Assembly (NCBI GenBank): GCA_048060725.1
Contig: JBGMQU010000001.1
Coordinates: forward strand, 55,996-115,092
DNA: 59,097 nt
Direction of reading: 5' to 3'
Source of the DNA: Gemmatimonadota bacterium
GTDB lineage: Bacteria > Gemmatimonadota > Gemmatimonadetes > Palauibacterales > Palauibacteraceae
Part shown: positions 57,001-59,097 of the stretch, piece after piece
Numbering within the stretch: position 1 is the first letter of the stretch
How the letters are laid out: each line of letters starts with the position of its first letter
The notes under the pieces: generated by a model
The model's input: only the letters and a program-made list of their open reading frames with translations
What the model was told of the DNA's origin: nothing
Databases searched by the model: none
Position numbers and translations under genes: made by a program

Positions 57001-58903
57001 AGTCGGCATCGGAGACATGAGCGGCGATGTGTTCGGGAACGGAATGCTCCTCAGCAGGAAGCTCCGACTCCTCGCAGCGTTCGACCACCGGCACATCTTT
57101 CTCGATCCCGATCCCGATCCGACGTCCAGCTGGGAAGAGCGGGCGCGCTTGTTCGCCCTCCCTACCTCGTCCTGGTCGGACTACGATGCGGCGCTGATCA
57201 GCGAGGGTGGCGGGGTTTTCGAGCGCACGTCCAAGGAGATTCCCCTGGCCGATGAGGTCCGCACAGTTCTGGACGTGAAGGACGATGTGCTGAACGGGGA
57301 GGAACTCATCCGGGCGATCCTCCGCGCCCCTGTCGATTTGCTCTGGAATGGAGGAATCGGCACCTATGTGAAGGCCACGAACGAGGCCCACGCGGACGTC
57401 GGCGATCCCAGCAACGACGGCGTCCGCGTCGATGCCACGGAGGTCCGCGCCCGGGTGATCGGCGAAGGAGGCAATCTCGGCCTGACCCAACCCGCGAGAA
57501 TCGAGTACGCCCGCGGCGGTGGACGCGTGAACACCGACGCCCTCGACAACTCTGCGGGGGTGGACATGTCGGATCACGAGGTGAACCTGAAGATTCTACT
57601 CGGCGCCGCGCTGACCCGGGGGACGCTGGAGCGGGAGGCACGAAACGACGTGTTGCGGGCCTGCGCCGACGAAGTCTCCGCTGCCGTGTTGTCGAACAAC
57701 TACACGCAGAGCCTCGCGATCAGTCTCGACGAGCGGCGCTCACGGAGCTCGGTCGCGCAGTTCCGTGCAGCCATCGATCGGATGGAGCGCGAGGAAGTCC
57801 TGGACCCTGTCCTCGAGCACCTTCCCAATGGGGACGAGCTGATGGCACGGGACCCGGCGACACGGTTGACACGACCCGAGCTCGCCATCGTGCTGGCGCA
57901 TGCGAAGCTCCACCTGAAGACCCTGCTCCAGCGGTCCCGGATCCCGTCCGACCCCGCCATGCTCGAACTGCTGCGCGAATACTTCCCGGACCGCGCGCTC
58001 GAGGTGGTGACCGACGACGATCTGGAGAACCACCGTCTGCGGCCACACCTCGTCAGCACCCTGCTCGCCAATCGCTATGTGGATCGCATGGGCGCTGCGA
58101 GCCATATCGGTCTCATGGGGGAGACAGACCGGGCGGCGGCGACGGTCGCCCGAAGCTGGTTCGTGGCCAACGTGATCGCGGATGCGGACGATCTCTACTC
58201 CGCCATCCGGACCGTGGATGCGACGGTCCGAACGGGAACGCAGTATCAGTGGTATCTCGAGATGTCGGAGTCGCTCGAACGGGCGACGAGCTGGTTGCTC
58301 AACAGCAGTCTGACGACGGGGCCGATAGCGGCCTCGATCGATGCCCTGCGCACGCCTGTTCGCGAGGTGCGCGCGGCGTTGCCGCGGCTGCTCAGTGGCG
58401 AGCGCCTCGAAGCGTTCCAGAGCCAGTGCGCGCTGCACGAGATGGACGGGCTCGACCCCGAGACCGCGAGGTCACTCGCGACCTTCCTCTATCTTGACGA
58501 GTTGCTCCCGATCGCGAGTCTCGTCGGCCAGACCGGCGCCGATACGGAAGGAGTGGGCGGAATCTACCTGGGTCTCGCGGAGGAGATTGACTTTCCGTGG
58601 GTGCGTCGGCGCCTGGACGCCCTGACAAACGGCGACGTGTGGACGCAGCGGAGCGCCCGAATCCTCATCGGGCGCCTCGAGGGAGCGCGACTCCGGATCG
58701 CGGCGACGATCCTCGACGGGGCCCGAGACGACTCGGTCGACAGCGTGCTCGAGCGCTTCCGGCATGCTCACGCCGTCGATTTGACCCGGATTCACGCCGT
58801 AATCTCTGACATCCGATCGACGGAAGAGTGCCCGCAGTTGGCGTCCCTGCTCGTGGCAGTGGAAGCCGTCGCCGACGCGCGTCTCTCGGCCTCCAAACAA
58901 TAG
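54083..58903 (+). CDS. gdhB: Large NAD-specific glutamate dehydrogenase (Bac_GDH, about 1600 aa)
   Basis: DDCPFIVD, HRFLGL, ARGGIRWSDR, KTQRVKNAVI, YLVVAADKGTA, DAFASGGS, GDMSGDVFGNGML, NGGIGTY, EGGNLG, DNSAGVD. Confidence 0.97.
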   Translation: MPQAPFDKSTLDELIALLQAARPEASRGAIAELTRRLMSRGSAEFLAMETREEVVDTVSRLYGLVDGTAPGDVGVRTAWDPADPNRAVLQTVMDDCPFIVDTIREYVHALGLHIPHLMHPVVVIERGEDGRITEVRERAADGLKTSIVHMSIEGHLENSVRAKLDDELRARLRQVTAVTQDFSAMVERARAVVAELASHRDETEWRAAELDEIQELLRWMIDSGFVFLGYRGYTIEPDASGIDHIRVDAGAGLGILRDDENSRYATPTPVDDLPPELRARLLGGPTLIFSKTNAESPIRRRAQMDYIGIKRLGPDGTVRGEHRFLGLLTAKAFNQDASAIPILRRKFREILELEGAPRGSHDYNIILQTFNSMPKEELFLSTVEEIRAVIDAVMETEGADDVRVTSRPDSLGRGYNVMVILPKNRFSAAVRRKLQRALTETYDGKLLNYHLALGQGDQARLHFYVSHDPKRPEPEPAELEVVVRETVRTWEEKLDYALIEAHGPIRAQELGDGFRERFSSEYQAAFRVSTAVDDIDHLDALERSGAQQASVRALGELRPKVYRLKIFAHKGQFVLSDVIPTLENLGFRVLDAYRFTIGEEAEPLSPMTIHVFEVEVARVLDADIEAAEARLADALRAVREGEAEDDQLNSLLLSADLTWEQIGVLRAYSGYAFRIGAVVSRQGSMRPLTSYPRSARLLFEMFESRFDPAFEGDREKAWRRLHRRFASSLRVVRGIEDDRTLRRLMTLVHATQRTNYYRGDLRASPTISLKFDCRAVDFMPEPRPRHEVYLRGARTEAAHLRMDDVARGGIRWSDRYEDFRVEVLGLVKTQRVKNAVIAPAGAKGAFIAKRLPAERAARLAAGLESYKEFIRGLLEISDNVVEDVVIHPERVVVHDGPDPYLVVAADKGTAKNSDTANALAEEVGFWLDDAFASGGSNGYDHKAEGITARGTWECVKRHFRESGLDFENDTFTVVGIGDMSGDVFGNGMLLSRKLRLLAAFDHRHIFLDPDPDPTSSWEERARLFALPTSSWSDYDAALISEGGGVFERTSKEIPLADEVRTVLDVKDDVLNGEELIRAILRAPVDLLWNGGIGTYVKATNEAHADVGDPSNDGVRVDATEVRARVIGEGGNLGLTQPARIEYARGGGRVNTDALDNSAGVDMSDHEVNLKILLGAALTRGTLEREARNDVLRACADEVSAAVLSNNYTQSLAISLDERRSRSSVAQFRAAIDRMEREEVLDPVLEHLPNGDELMARDPATRLTRPELAIVLAHAKLHLKTLLQRSRIPSDPAMLELLREYFPDRALEVVTDDDLENHRLRPHLVSTLLANRYVDRMGAASHIGLMGETDRAAATVARSWFVANVIADADDLYSAIRTVDATVRTGTQYQWYLEMSESLERATSWLLNSSLTTGPIAASIDALRTPVREVRAALPRLLSGERLEAFQSQCALHEMDGLDPETARSLATFLYLDELLPIASLVGQTGADTEGVGGIYLGLAEEIDFPWVRRRLDALTNGDVWTQRSARILIGRLEGARLRIAATILDGARDDSVDSVLERFRHAHAVDLTRIHAVISDIRSTEECPQLASLLVAVEAVADARLSASKQ

Positions 58904-59034
58904 AAGGGTGTTGAAGAAGTACGGCGGGTCGCGTTACGGCGACACAGCCCCGGATCCGAGGCGATACGACGACCGCGTAGCCGTAGCTACTCGGAGGAGT
59001 GTCAACGATGGAGACGGGGCTGTGCCGCCGTAAC
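58903..59034. repeat. Structured MITE/REP-like element (28-bp repeat copy 2 plus nested inverted repeats)
   Basis: 58933-58952 pairs with 59015-59034 (19/20); inner TCCGAG/CTCGGA and GTAGC-cgta-GCTAC stems. Confidence 0.6.
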
Positions 59035-59097
59035 CGTCCAATTGCTTGCCCACGTCATTCATGGTGATCGGCGCAGGGGGGTCTCGGGGTTGATCCA

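Noticed and set aside
59008-59067. 19-codon ORF with a GGAGGAG ribosome-binding-like site
   Set aside because: Lies inside the hairpin repeat element; no evidence of coding.
59059-59097. Minus-strand WINPETPLRRSP* resembling an IS3-type transposase C-terminus
   Set aside because: Only 12 codons are visible at the window edge; too short to support.
1-59097. tRNA, rRNA, prophage, integrase or known defence system
   Set aside because: No cloverleaf or T-loop context, rRNA-like sequence, phage gene or recognisable defence gene set was found by eye; tRNAscan-SE, Rfam and DefenseFinder would be decisive.

Overview
A GC-rich, densely coding 59 kb bacterial chromosomal window; gene content suggests Gemmatimonadota (inference). 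It is mostly housekeeping and envelope genes: rho, ssb, etfBA, xdhC-mocA, moeA, dacB, a fabH-like gene, acpS, a large NAD-glutamate dehydrogenase, a TolC/MFP/MacB-type permease set and three ECF sigma/anti-sigma modules. No tRNA, rRNA, CRISPR array or intact transposase was seen. Best unannotated signals: (1) a selenoprotein W-like gene at 52407-52628 (-), missed by the ORF track, with an in-frame CxxU TGA and a SECIS-like hairpin; (2) an ECF sigma whose anti-sigma ends in a glycogen-binding (CBM48/AMPK-type) domain; (3) an imuB-small gene-dnaE2 cassette with no adjacent imuA and a CTGT-N8-ACAG box over its promoter; (4) a DUF6152/DUF6644x2/heme-c lipoprotein cluster; (5) an Mre11-like nuclease coupled to a Rad50/YhaN-like protein that lacks Walker A and is frameshifted at a (CG)5 tract; (6) matching ECF-type promoters, an MshEN-like protein and a MITE-like structured repeat. 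All family calls come from motif recognition; no database search was run.
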